Source of the DNA: Mytilus trossulus
Taxonomy: Eukaryota
NCBI RefSeq assembly: GCF_036588685.1
Contig: NC_086376.1
Coordinates: 74,813,630-74,877,629 of the forward strand
Length of the DNA: 64,000 nt
Reading direction: 5' to 3'
A program made the translations under genes and the position numbers. A model generated the notes under the pieces. It was not told where the DNA came from. It searched no databases and saw nothing but the letters and a program-made list of their open reading frames with translations. Shown here in pieces: positions 41,401 to 52,293 of this stretch (positions are counted from its first letter, which is position 1; every line of letters begins with the position of its first letter).

Positions 41401-42026
41401 GTAATCTTAGATAAATGTTAAATCTATTCATAATCTTCATATATATACTGGTAGATGGAAATGTAATTTTTTCCCTGGATTTTCCAATTTCTATTGATTG
41501 ATATTATGTTTTTTTAGGTTTGAGGTTTAGGAAGCTTAGGTTGTCATTCATATATTATTGATTCATTGTACTTTTCAATATAATAGTTGTAGATTTCCTA
41601 GGTAAAAAAAATATGCATTTAGAAACTAAGATATTCATTGATTCAATGTACATGTATGGATTTTTTTTTATTTAGAATATCCAAATTCCACAGTAACATG
41701 AATTTTGTGCAGTTTTAATCAAATTTTAAACATTATTTCAGAAATCAAGATTTCATGAAGAATTAGAGTCTGTGATGAGTTTAATGCCAATTGCTAGTTC
41801 TCCATTAGACAATGATTTTCCATTGAAAGCTGCTATGGAATCACGGACAAGTCCCATAACAGAGATGGAACATTGTCGCAGTGATAGTACAGAATTTATT
41901 GACTGTGAAAATTATGACGATTCTCTTGTCAAAGGTCCAGTAAAACTTGTTGGTGATGATGATGAAGATGAAGAAATTTTCAAGCTTCAGGAAGACCTTG
42001 ATTTAGAACAAATTGAAAATCATTAA
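29401..42026 (+). CDS. FAM53: FAM53-family protein (FAM53A/B/C-like), 420 aa; join(29401..29490,30813..30873,33155..33927,39016..39069,41742..42026)
   Basis: All introns are GT-AG, phases 0/1/0/0 are consistent, total 1263 nt. FAM53 signatures: N-terminal MIAVDILADKLKDQKLEE, PPTKRHC, W-x-P...VWKPI, TPPESPVPRP, RCRSQPSVL...KRRR...RPKLNFHKM, C-terminal DLDLEQIENH. Confidence 0.9.
30813..30873 (+). CDS. FAM53: FAM53 coding exon 2 (IQPGEGFKLSKNAEAAIKGS+G)
   Basis: ttgtag| acceptor, CAG|gtaat donor, 61 nt open. Supplies the phase 0-to-1 bridge needed to join exon 1 to exon 3. Confidence 0.72.
32907..33076. mobile_element. TA-flanked MITE just upstream of the FAM53 exon 3 acceptor
   Basis: TIRs tacaccttattgctatt / aatagtgataaggtgta. 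Homologous in reverse to 8866-9253. Confidence 0.7.
33155..33927 (+). CDS. FAM53: FAM53 coding exon 3 (large exon with KRHC, PPESP, His8, RSQP and KRRR motifs)
   Basis: tttcttttacag-type acceptor ending at 33154. Open frame from 33157 through ORF 33391..33939. Donor GAG|gtaatt at 33928. Confidence 0.92.
34900..34953. repeat. Perfect 27-bp tandem duplication
   Basis: gtcctttatacatgttaaatatttaat x2. Confidence 0.85.
35876..36135 (+). repeat. Repeat family C copy (FAM53 intron 3)
   Basis: agatgtggtatgagtgtcaacgagacaa...gctataaaggacccc...gcaaccactgaac. Confidence 0.7.
39016..39069 (+). CDS. FAM53: FAM53 coding exon 4 (TAYEKFPKSTPVPTLGKE)
   Basis: Strong T-tract+cag acceptor, GAG|gtttgt donor, 54 nt, phase 0/0 (skippable in frame). 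Confidence 0.65.
39151..40090 (+). mobile_element. HINE family B element with ~4 internal ~140-170 bp tandem units (FAM53 intron 4)
   Basis: 5' tatac...cgtata inverted repeat, repeated 'ggatctctctgaaattgtac...aaggaaggctggg...gggccaaaa' units. The 3' end is homologous to the element at 59214. Confidence 0.7.
41742..42026 (+). CDS. FAM53: FAM53 last coding exon (KSRFHEELESVMSLMPIASSP...EDLDLEQIENH*)
   Basis: ttatttcag| acceptor, in frame with ORF 41772..42026. Diagnostic FAM53 C-terminal LDLEQIEN motif. Confidence 0.9.
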   Translation, partial: KSRFHEELESVMSLMPIASSPLDNDFPLKAAMESRTSPITEMEHCRSDSTEFIDCENYDDSLVKGPVKLVGDDDEDEEIFKLQEDLDLEQIENH

Positions 42027-45000
42027 GAAAATTGATGAATGATTTTTTTTGTTGGTTGTTTTTGTTGATATTCTGCTGTGATTAAGCCTAATATTGTTTA
42101 GCTTTAAATAATGTTTTAAAACGTTCAGTATTTCTTTTTATTGATTTAAGATGTTAGAGAATACAATGTACTGGCATTTTTTTGATTCTTTTATAGGGTT
42201 TGAAATGTTTTTCATTGATAATGGTATTTAAAAATTCTAAATACTTTTAAAAATGTTCTGTTCATTTTAATTCAAGTCTTGTTCTTCTGTAAGAAACAAT
42301 AGATCTCATTCAGTGTCTTGGACTTCTTCGTCAGCTAGTGCATTAAAATATAAACAAACCTATTATGGGTTGTACGTAATTTGCAAACTCAGTCACACCT
42401 GTACATATATAATCACTTGAAAGGTTAAAATGACCAAGAATTACATAGTAATTAGTGTTATCTTCATAAGATTTTGTATTTTGTATTCATTATGAATCAC
42501 AATATATAATTTGAGTAATTATTATATAGTTACATGATAATTTCTGTAGAAATGAATGGTTATTTGTCAAACAAGTTAAAGATTGCACTGCAATGATATT
42601 GTGAAATTCTGCCTAGCCTTGTGATATATTGTTATCCTTTAGAAGGAGAAATAAAGGTATTATTGAAAAGGTTGTGATCAGTTAAGTGTTTCCAAAACTG
42701 CATAATGAATATCAAAGTTAAGAAAATTAGTTGTCATAATTTTCGGCAAGATCAAGGGAGGTTACTACAACAAAGAAACTTTGTCAGCATGAGTCATTAT
42801 TGTAATATGAACTTCAGGCAACTAAAAATGTTCAATAGATGATGATGTCACAGTACTGTATTGTAGTTTTTAAATTACTTACATTCAAATCATTACATGT
42901 AACGTCACAGGCCATACTGCAGTATAAACACATAGAATATGACTAGAAGGTCACCAATAGTTAATTGAATGTATTACTACTATGGAGGTGTTATATTAAA
43001 AGTGTCTTGTACAGTTGACTTAGTGAATAGACCTGGATGAAGGGAAATAATTCATTTGTCAGTACATTTACCGTAATGGGTTTCCAGATGACTTTCCGGT
43101 ATTTCTTTGAAAAATATCAAATATTATCTTTGTTAATTAGAGGAGGAACACCACTAATTCTTGGCCCTATTACTTTCAATGTTCTTCAACTTCCAGCATT
43201 TTAGTACTCTTTTTTTCTACTAAGGATTTTATATGACTGGATCCCATATCCTAGGTCTACTTTGTTAAATTTTGTACAAGTTTAATACTATTTACCATCA
43301 CTGTGATTATTTAGTTACACATATTTATCCATCTTTTTGTCATTTGACATAAGTAGATAGAACAATACTCCAATGTATGGTAGCTAGTGTCACATTAGTT
43401 AGAAGCTAACATGTTTTACATAGTTTGACATAAATTACATTTTCATTGGTCACACTTAATTTTGAGTACTAAAACAATGGATATCAACCTTTTTTAAAAT
43501 CGGGTGTATTTCACATATCTGTATTAATTGCAAAAACTGTACAGTAATTATTAAATTAACTGACCCTTCACAAGAAAATTGGTCATCACTAAGTCTGGCT
43601 GTTACAGCTTATAACATATTTGCCATCAGTTCTTACAATTCAGGGTATTTTTATAAGATATTAAAATAACATATTTCATTTGATAAATTCAGCGATTTTT
43701 TTCTAAAAGTTTTTTAATGATGGTTGAACGTTAGACATTTTCAGTCTGAGGAGAAAATATGGATGTTTTTTCCTGTTATGGACTATCATATTACACTAAA
43801 CATTCCAGATTTTTGGAAACAATGCTTATGTCTGAAATATAATTTTCTGATGAATAATGTATAATTAAGTCGACCTGACCTTTTTCTGAATGCAAAATTG
43901 AAAATAAAATACAAGATTAAGCAGAAAACATTTTTCAATCTAATTTATTTTGATGACTATATATTTTTATTAAGCTTAAGATCAGATTACTGACAGAAAA
44001 TTTGACAAGACTTTTGAGATTATGAATGGATTAATACCGTTAAAGGGTCAAGGTTGAGTGTTATCAATACTATGAACAAATCATGTTTTAATTAAAAGAG
44101 TACAACAGCTTATAATAATTTAATCTGTAAGTACTTATTATAAAGTTATTTGTTTACCTTTTTTAGATTTAAAAAATGAACACTTTGTGGTTTTTTGATT
44201 TATAATTTAAAATCTATTTTGTTTGAAGAAGTTTTAAAATCAGTCTGATTATGTATGAATGATTAGGCTTGGACAAATCTGTGGTCAAGATTATACTATT
44301 TCTTGACCAGTTTACAAGTTTGATAATTACTTTCAAATTTCATTTTTAAATGTGAATAATCTGACACTTGTCATAGTTAATTCTATGAATGGTATTGAAG
44401 GCACTGAAAAAAACACCATGTAAATTGTTATATTTTTGTAACGGGACCCTCTGTGTACACTATTTCAAATTTGTTTATACATGTAGATGTTTATTTTCAA
44501 GTTCAAAAGTTTTATCTACAGATGAAAATAAAAAGACAGAAATAAGCTTAATAGAGCTTTTATTTAGTCTTATTACAAACAAAATATTTAACATAATGTT
44601 TAAATTTCCAAATTCGAAGTGAGATCAAAATGTAAATGGAATATATTTGATCCTGTGTAATTTTTTGGTAGACTTATAGACTTGTCCTTCTGTTTCTTTT
44701 TGGAATTAAGTTAAACTTATATCTAAAGACACATACATGCTTTGTCAAATGATTTTATTTAATTGGTTAAAATTATGATATTGAAATATGCCTAGATTAC
44801 ATCTAAAAACTCATTTGCAGTGCTGTATTTCTTGGAAAGATTTTATCCATTTATTACAGAAGGAGTCAAATAAATTGGTTTAAATGGCATGGGTTCCATT
44901 AACTACACTATTTAATAGTATTAAATCTCTCATCCAAATAAACAAATACTGACTGAAAAAGGCTGATAATCTTCTAGTGCTAGGAGCGTTTAAAATTATT

Positions 45001-46110
45001 TTTGTCATGAGCACCAATGCCTAGTTCGAAGAGTTGCTGAGCATTTGTAAAGGGCATTAAGAAAAGATGGTTTCATTCTAATATACATTTTAAACAGTGA
45101 CTGCTCTCATTCACGGACAAAATGTTAGGTATATGTGATAACCAATACACAAAACAGAGAACCAAGATATATAGTGGTGATCCTTAGAAAGGAGCTTATA
45201 CAGAGTATATGATAAACATAAACTTTTAAGTACAGATTGTAGACTCCCTATGTTTTGAAATATGCAAGGTGACGGAGTTTGTGCTTTCAGAGAAAGTTTT
45301 GTTTATTTATGAAAAAGATTTGTTCAAGATTTAATTATTGAATAGAGAGATTATATGATAATCTTGTGTGATAAAGTGAGATTGTTTATAATTATAAATT
45401 ATGAATATAAGATAGATTTATTTTTAATTTATTTTGTGCACAGAATATTAGTGTAAAGCAAGTTTTAAATGATAAATAGAATTTCAATATATTTGCAAAA
45501 TATCTTAGTTAAATAGTCTGCACAAAGAAATTTGGACATGCTCTCTATGCCTCATGTAAAATCAGCAACAATAACTTGAAATTTAATGAAATATAAAATT
45601 TCTATAGTGACTGACAAGTACAATATCTATTGACCAATTTTTTTAGTTGAATATGGTTTATTTTATGAAAGTATGAATTGAGAAGAAAGATTGTTTTATT
45701 TTTGTGTATAATTACATACAAAGTTTTATATTTTTACTATCTATTGTATTACTACATACTTAAGAATTCAAGAGTTGTACCACTGACAAGGTTAATGAAT
45801 TCAAAGCGAAACAAATAAAAGAAAATCTTAAAAACTCTTTATTTGTCCAAATTGTATTTTCAAAATAGCAGTTGCAATGCATTTATATTCCAAAGGGAGT
45901 TATCCCCCATTGTTTCCTGTTTAAATCCAGAACATTGTTAAAAATCCATTTCATTTCCAACATAAATCCATCTATTGTTTACCATTTCATGTTGATATTG
46001 TTGATGTAAATATACAGCAGATTTTTGTGTTACTATGGTGACCATATTTATTACTTTTTGTGTTGACACAATGTTAGAGTTTAATAAATAATTTAAATTT
46101 GTTTTCTTCT
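42027..46110 (+). other. Putative long (~4 kb) FAM53 3' UTR with candidate poly(A) signal AATAAA at 46083-46088
   Basis: About 4 kb with none of the repeats seen elsewhere. AATAAA is followed by a U-rich tract, and a SINE begins ~190 nt later. Several upstream AATAAA also occur. Confidence 0.45.
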
Positions 46111-46272
46111 CTTCTTAAGATCACTCAGTGCTGGATATTCAAAGATCTGTGAATAATTTTCAAAGTAGCTGTATCACATAAAGCTTGAGGAATTGTTGTT
46201 TGCAGAGATATTCCATGTGTATTGAAAATTACACAATGATTATTCAAACTACCGGTACCTCCATAAAGAACA

Positions 46273-46520
46273 GGATGCCTCTGTGGCCAGATCTCAGTAT
46301 GGTAGTTACTACTTCTAGCCAGTCAACACTGAGGTTGTGAGTTAGAACCCTGCTTTTGCGGGTTCACTCAAATCCAATCTTAATTCACTAGGATTGTTAT
46401 TTTTTTCTTTCAAAGGTCAATGTTTTTTTCTTGGGAACTGCGGCTTCCTCCACCAATAAAAAATGACTGCCAGGAAATAGTCCAAGAGTGGCATTAAAAC
46501 ACCAAAAAGCAAATCAAATC
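46273..46520 (+). mobile_element. tRNA-derived SINE with a Deu/Nin-like central domain
   Basis: A-box-like gtggcc, B-box-like gtgagttagaacc, core ggcttcctccaccaataaaa...gtggcattaaaacacc, (aaatc)n tail. Confidence 0.65.
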
Positions 46521-47139
46521 CATAAAGACCACTTCGACTATAACAAGCATATGAAATAAAATAAGATTGTACAATGCCTCCTTTTCTTTGTACTATTATT
46601 TCAAGACATAGAGATTTTTGAAAAAATAGTTTGTTAATCAGCTTTTTCAATAGAAAAATAAGTTCATGCAATAACTTGACAACTGTTCTACAAATACTTT
46701 CAAATTTTAATATGTTGTTTCTGATACAAAAAATGGGAGTTTATGTGTCAATTGTGCTGTATTTGAGTTATTTAAAATTTAGAATGGAAACAGGGAATTA
46801 TCAAATGACAATAATCCAACCAAAGAACAGAAAGCAGCACAAGGCCACCAATGGGTCTTCAACACAGCAGGAAATCCAGCACCAAGAGGCGGGCTTCAGT
46901 TGTCCCCTGAACAAAAATGTGAGAAATGAGAAAACTGACATCACTCTAAACTCTAAAACATATAAATGAACCAAAATTTAAAAAAAAAAACATACAAGAC
47001 TTACAATGGCCAGATGTTCCTGACTTGGGACAGGCAATAACATTTTGTGTGGGGTTGAACATGTGTTATGCGATTTAATTTTAACTTTTTTGAAGATTTG
47101 CATTTGTCAACAAAAATCTGACAAAATTTATATCCAAAG

Positions 47140-47570
47140 AATTATAATTAATCCAATTTGTTGATACTGGTGTAGTCATGGGTATCAAGTTCAAGATAGA
47201 AGATATTCTCTTTTGCTGTTCTAGAGTTATGGTCCATGATTGATTTTGAAAATGGCAATAAGTGAGTCTAAGTTTATATGTAGTTTCCATGCAATTACTA
47301 GAGAACTACTTCGACTAATGCTGATTTTAATGTACTGTTACTGATGAAAATTCAGGTCAAGTTCGATATTAACAATATTCACATATTCCAGATTTGAGTT
47401 ATGGTTCTAGTCTGTTTCAAAATAGCACTTTTATTAGCATTTAGTCAATTTGATATGATAACTTGAGAACATTCCATCCAATCCAATTGGTATATTGATA
47501 TCAGACAAAATGGAGGTCAAATTGGTTTTAAAGAAAGTCACTTTTGAAATTCAAGAGTAATGGTACTAGT
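47140..47570 (+). mobile_element. Degenerate HINE internal tandem units related to 2059-2648
   Basis: Repeated 'ggtcaagttc...gagttatggttc' motif in the same orientation as the 2059 element. Confidence 0.45.
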
Positions 47571-48228
47571 TCGCTGTTATTTTGTTACTCATGTTTTATT
47601 TTAACCAAAGATATTATTGTGTTGGCCTTAGTAGCTCAAAATGAGAGTAAATCATCTAAGAACATACTACAAAAATGTTCCTTGTACAGACAGATTGGTC
47701 TATAGTTAAATCTCATTCCTCAGTAAAAACATTCTACACCAGTTATTGAAAGGGAGATAAATCAAGAATCTATAGGACAAAATAAGTAAGGCATACATAT
47801 TCAACAGACCGTTGAACACTTATAAATGTTTCTTCACTCCTTGGCAAAACTGCAAACAGCAATTTAAGGACTTTAATCAATTTGATTAGATAAAATAATA
47901 AATGAAAAAAGAATTTTTATATTGGATTCTCAAACATGTAAATGATATTAAAACATTGTTCTTTCAAACTTTGGGACTCATTAGCTCACAAGTTACACAG
48001 AAGATAACATTGTAAAAGTAAATGGACAAACAGTTGGATGATGTTTGCAAATTGATGATAATGACTCAAACTGTCAGTGTGAGCTAATAACTTCCTTTGG
48101 CACTATTATACAGTGTTTATATATAATTTTTTGGCTCTGCCAATGTTTGTGGTAATATTTTTGACATCATTGGAAGTAATCTTATGTATTGTTGGTAAAT
48201 TATTCATTTCCTTACTACAAATGACTAT

Positions 48229-48519
48229 AAACAAGAATGTGTCCATAGTACATGTATGCCCTATCCGCACTATATTTTCTATGTTCAATGGACCGTGAAA
48301 ATGGGAAAAAAATCTCTAATTTGGTACAATGTATTAATATTAGAAAGATCATATCATAGGGAACATGTGTACTAAGTTTCAAGTTGATTGGACTTCAACT
48401 TCATCAAAAACTACTTCGACTTAAAACTTTAACCTGAAGCGGGACAGATAGACGAACGGACACCCAAACCATGAATCTTATAAATGTGTTAAAAACATAA
48501 TGCCTATGGGGCATAAAAA
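48229..48519 (-). mobile_element. HINE family A copy
   Basis: Reverse-complement homolog: aacaagaatgtgtcc...ggggcataaaaa. Confidence 0.8.
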
Positions 48520-49455
48520 TCTTTTAAATACTGAATTCTTGCAAAGGTATAAAAAAATTGTTTTGAAGTTTGGTTTTACCAATAGAAAACTATTTCAAAG
48601 GGATAGCATATTCTCATTTTATAGAGATGTTGTTTACCGAGTCTGGAAATTTAGAAACGATCCAGGTTAACTTATCAATCCTTAAAAATATTTAATTTAT
48701 TCTAAAATGTAAACAACTCAACAGTGTAATTAGATCTTCTAATATTGTATTTATTGATATTAATATTAATTTTGTTATCAGTAAATTAAAATCAAACTAA
48801 ATTTTATTTTTATATACATATGCACCTTCTTGGCTCTATAATCTGTCAATACCTGTATCTTATCACTGTACAAGGTCAGGTTTTTCTCCAACTGTTTATG
48901 AGGTCTTTACACTAAATTCATTGGATGTTGGATATGTACTGATTGATATCTTAGTTTTGGTGCATGAATTTTTCATAAGTTGTTATTGGCTTTGAAATAG
49001 CTGTCAGTGACTTCCAGCACTCACAGATCTGTACTCATTGTCTTGTTGTTGTATGGATGTACATGTACCCATCCACATTCGCCCTGTGTTTTTGCAAGAT
49101 TTTTTAGATTTGTATTCATCTGAAGGAAGTACATTTACCTATATTTGTTAATTTCAGTGCCATTTGGAGAGTGAGTTGTCTCATTGGCAATCATACAATA
49201 TCTCCCGTTCCTGGAAGGGAGTTAACCCAATGTCTCATCACAAGTCGAAATATACTGACAATGCCATGGCAAAACACCATAAAAAACGTGAAAAAAACCA
49301 AGTGAACATAGAAAATCAAAAAAATGTGCAACATGATATCAGGTCCTCCAAAAGGGTAAGCATATCCTGCTTTACTAGTGGCACCCATCTTGATAGATAA
49401 AGAAAAGGTATAAAATGGAATCTCTTTATTTCTGATACATTACATTAAGGAAGCA

Positions 49456-49580
49456 TCACATGGTGATCACATTATCATAGCTGACAAAATCATGCATATT
49501 CATGTTTTATAATGTCACATGGTGATCACATTATCTTAGATGACAAAATCATGCATATTCATGTTTTATAATATCACATG
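49456..49580. repeat. 59-bp tandem duplication
   Basis: tcacatggtgatcacattatc...catgttttataat repeated at 49456 and 49515. Confidence 0.85.
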
Positions 49581-50714
49581 ATATACTTAAGACAATAAAA
49601 TGTTTCAAATATATTTTAAGTGATAAATCATTTATCAATATTTATAAATGAATGGAATATTTAATACCAGTATTCAATGCATTATTTATCATTTTGAGTG
49701 CCTATTCATTTTGTGAATATTGCATGTTTATAAAAGAAAAATCGGAACAATTAATCACAAATGTCAATCATTTTGTTCTCAAGAAAGAATGAAAATAAAG
49801 CAGTTACAAAGTTCTGAAAAATATGAAACCAACAGCAACACTTGATAAATTTAATGCATCTGAAGCTCTTTTCTGGATAAACCTTCATAGTGAAGGCTCA
49901 AAGCAGGACTATAATTTGTTGATATAAATATGATAAATGCATTTTTTTTTATTTAAATAATCTATGTTCAACTTGGTAACACTGTATGAGTTTTGATTTG
50001 CTTTGTTGAAAATGTTGGTTCAAATTGTGAATTGGAAGTAAGTATATATATGTTTTGCTTACGATAGTTCATTAGGATGAAGTTGTACAACCCTGTAGAA
50101 AAACAGTTTGACCGAAGGTGGACAAAATAAAGATAACTGAAGCAGCTTGTTTTCATTGTTTGAAAAAAAAAATTGAAGTATATTCTTTTAAATTTAACAT
50201 GATAGGTCAAAACTATTTTACATCAATCCCCAAATGTTTAATGCAGTATAAATCTGACAGGACATAAAGCTTGCTAAAGAGTTTTTTTATAAACATGATT
50301 TGTCAAAAATAATTACTTATAATATACAAACAAAAAAACATATCATCAGTATATATTTTATTTGGACCCAAGACATCACATCACATGGTAAAACGTGATT
50401 ACAAATAAATTAAAACAATTGCATTTGCCATTTTTTGGAAGAAAAGAAAATTGTATCATTTTATATGACAAAGAACTAGTAAAATGATGTTTACTCAATT
50501 TCAATGCACACAACTTTTTCAATCTCTTTCTCATTTTTTCTCTTTAGGTTTATAGCAATTTTGACTGACTGGTTCTTACTGTAACAGTAAATTAACATGA
50601 CATACCAACAGAAAAGTTTAACCATAAACACAGTCAACTTTATAACATTGTCAATGAAGATTAATCATTCTTGCATTTCATCCAATGAACATAAAACGGT
50701 TTTATAAATGACCT

Positions 50715-51110
50715 AAACAAGAATGTGTCCAAAGTACACAGATGCCCCACTCAAACTATCATTTTCCATGTTCCATGGACCGTAAAATTGGATAAAAATC
50801 TAATTTGGCATTAAAATTAGAAAGATTATAACATAGGGAACATATGTACTAAGTTTCAAGTTGATTGGACTTCAATGTCATCAAAACTACCTTGACCAAA
50901 AACTTTAACCTGTAACTCCCACTTTCAATTTCTATGTTAAGTGGACCGTGAAATTGGGGTCAAAGTCTAATTTGGCTTTAAAATTAGAAAGATTATATCA
51001 TAAGCAACAAGTGTACTAAGTTTCAAGTTGATTGGACTTCAGCTTCATCAAAAACTACCTTGACCAAAAACTTTAGCCTGAAGCAGGACGAACGGGCGCA
51101 CGGACGAACG
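50715..51110 (-). mobile_element. HINE family A copy with duplicated ~170-bp core, truncated
   Basis: The core (ggaccgt...aattagaaagat...actaagtttcaagttgattggacttc...ttgaccaaaaacttta) occurs twice in tandem. Confidence 0.8.
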
Positions 51111-52257
51111 ATCAATTTACTGATTGTTTTTCTTTATAATATAAAAATACATGTGCATGTACTTAATGAATGCCAAAAAAAATAAATATTCAAGACAAAT
51201 ACAATAGGTAGTCTTGTTTACCTTTTTCTTCTTATCAGAAAAAAAATTATAGATGATTACAAATATACATTAATCTATTATATGACCTTCATCTTCAACA
51301 AGATTTTTACAGAAATAATTTCATGAATATGTTCGTCAATATCTGACACAGATAGAGATATTTAAACAGCATGGAATTGTGATTTTTTTTTTTTTACAAT
51401 ATACATCAAAAGGGAATGGAAAAATAGATATATGTAAAAGTGACTTCTTAAATTGCTCATTTCTACTCTGACAACCTCGTATAGCAGAATAATTACCCAC
51501 ATGTTATTATGTATGTACAATTATAATCTCACAACAAATAATGCACCATTGAAGAATCACATGTGCACATTAAATACAATTTCATATTTACAATGTAAAA
51601 TACTTTGGGAATCTGTTACTTATATAAAAGCACAGCCATGGACAATAAGTAAAATTAAAACTTAACACCAATCTTGTTTTTTAAATATTGTGGTATGGGA
51701 ATACTGGCCCTAAAATAAAGCAGATTGTTTTAGAAAAGAGTTCGGGATAATGTGATATCTAAAATTAAAAAAATTAAGTTCTATAAAATGAAAATTGTTT
51801 GGAAAATAAGGAAAGATCAAATGGTGTTCACATGGTTTCCATATCAGTTGATACAATTTACCATGAATCATATTTTCCATTTCTGCCTTTTTAAAAATAT
51901 ATTTTTGAGACAATTATTTAATTTGTTGACAAAAAAGTATGACTATGTCTGTTACAATGATAAAATGGCAGAGTATATTTTAAACATTTTATATATATAT
52001 AAAATGATTTTTAACACATTTTGATATGGAAAAATTTTAGTATTGTCAATGGACAAATGAAAAAAGGTCCTTGAGAAGGGTAGGTACATGTAGGTGGTCA
52101 TATAAGAAATGTAAAATTTCTATGTACTGTTACTACAACATCGTACATGTTTATGGAATAAAAATATTACAATGTATTCTTTAAATCTTTAAAACAACTG
52201 TTTTTCTTGGTACACTTGCAGTCCATGAAGAGACGTTTAGTATATTATAGAATCCCA

Positions 52258-52293
52258 TCATAATATAACACAACATGAATTTGTTTTCTTTGC
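52258..52293 (-). CDS. YKT6: YKT6 last coding exon ([11 protein letters not shown])
   Basis: attttag| acceptor; CCaaX prenylation motif followed by TGA. Confidence 0.95.
   Translation of the reverse strand, partial: AKKTNSCCVIL

Noticed and set aside
46273-46350. Possible tRNA gene
   Set aside because: A/B boxes are degenerate with no cloverleaf; it is the head of a SINE.
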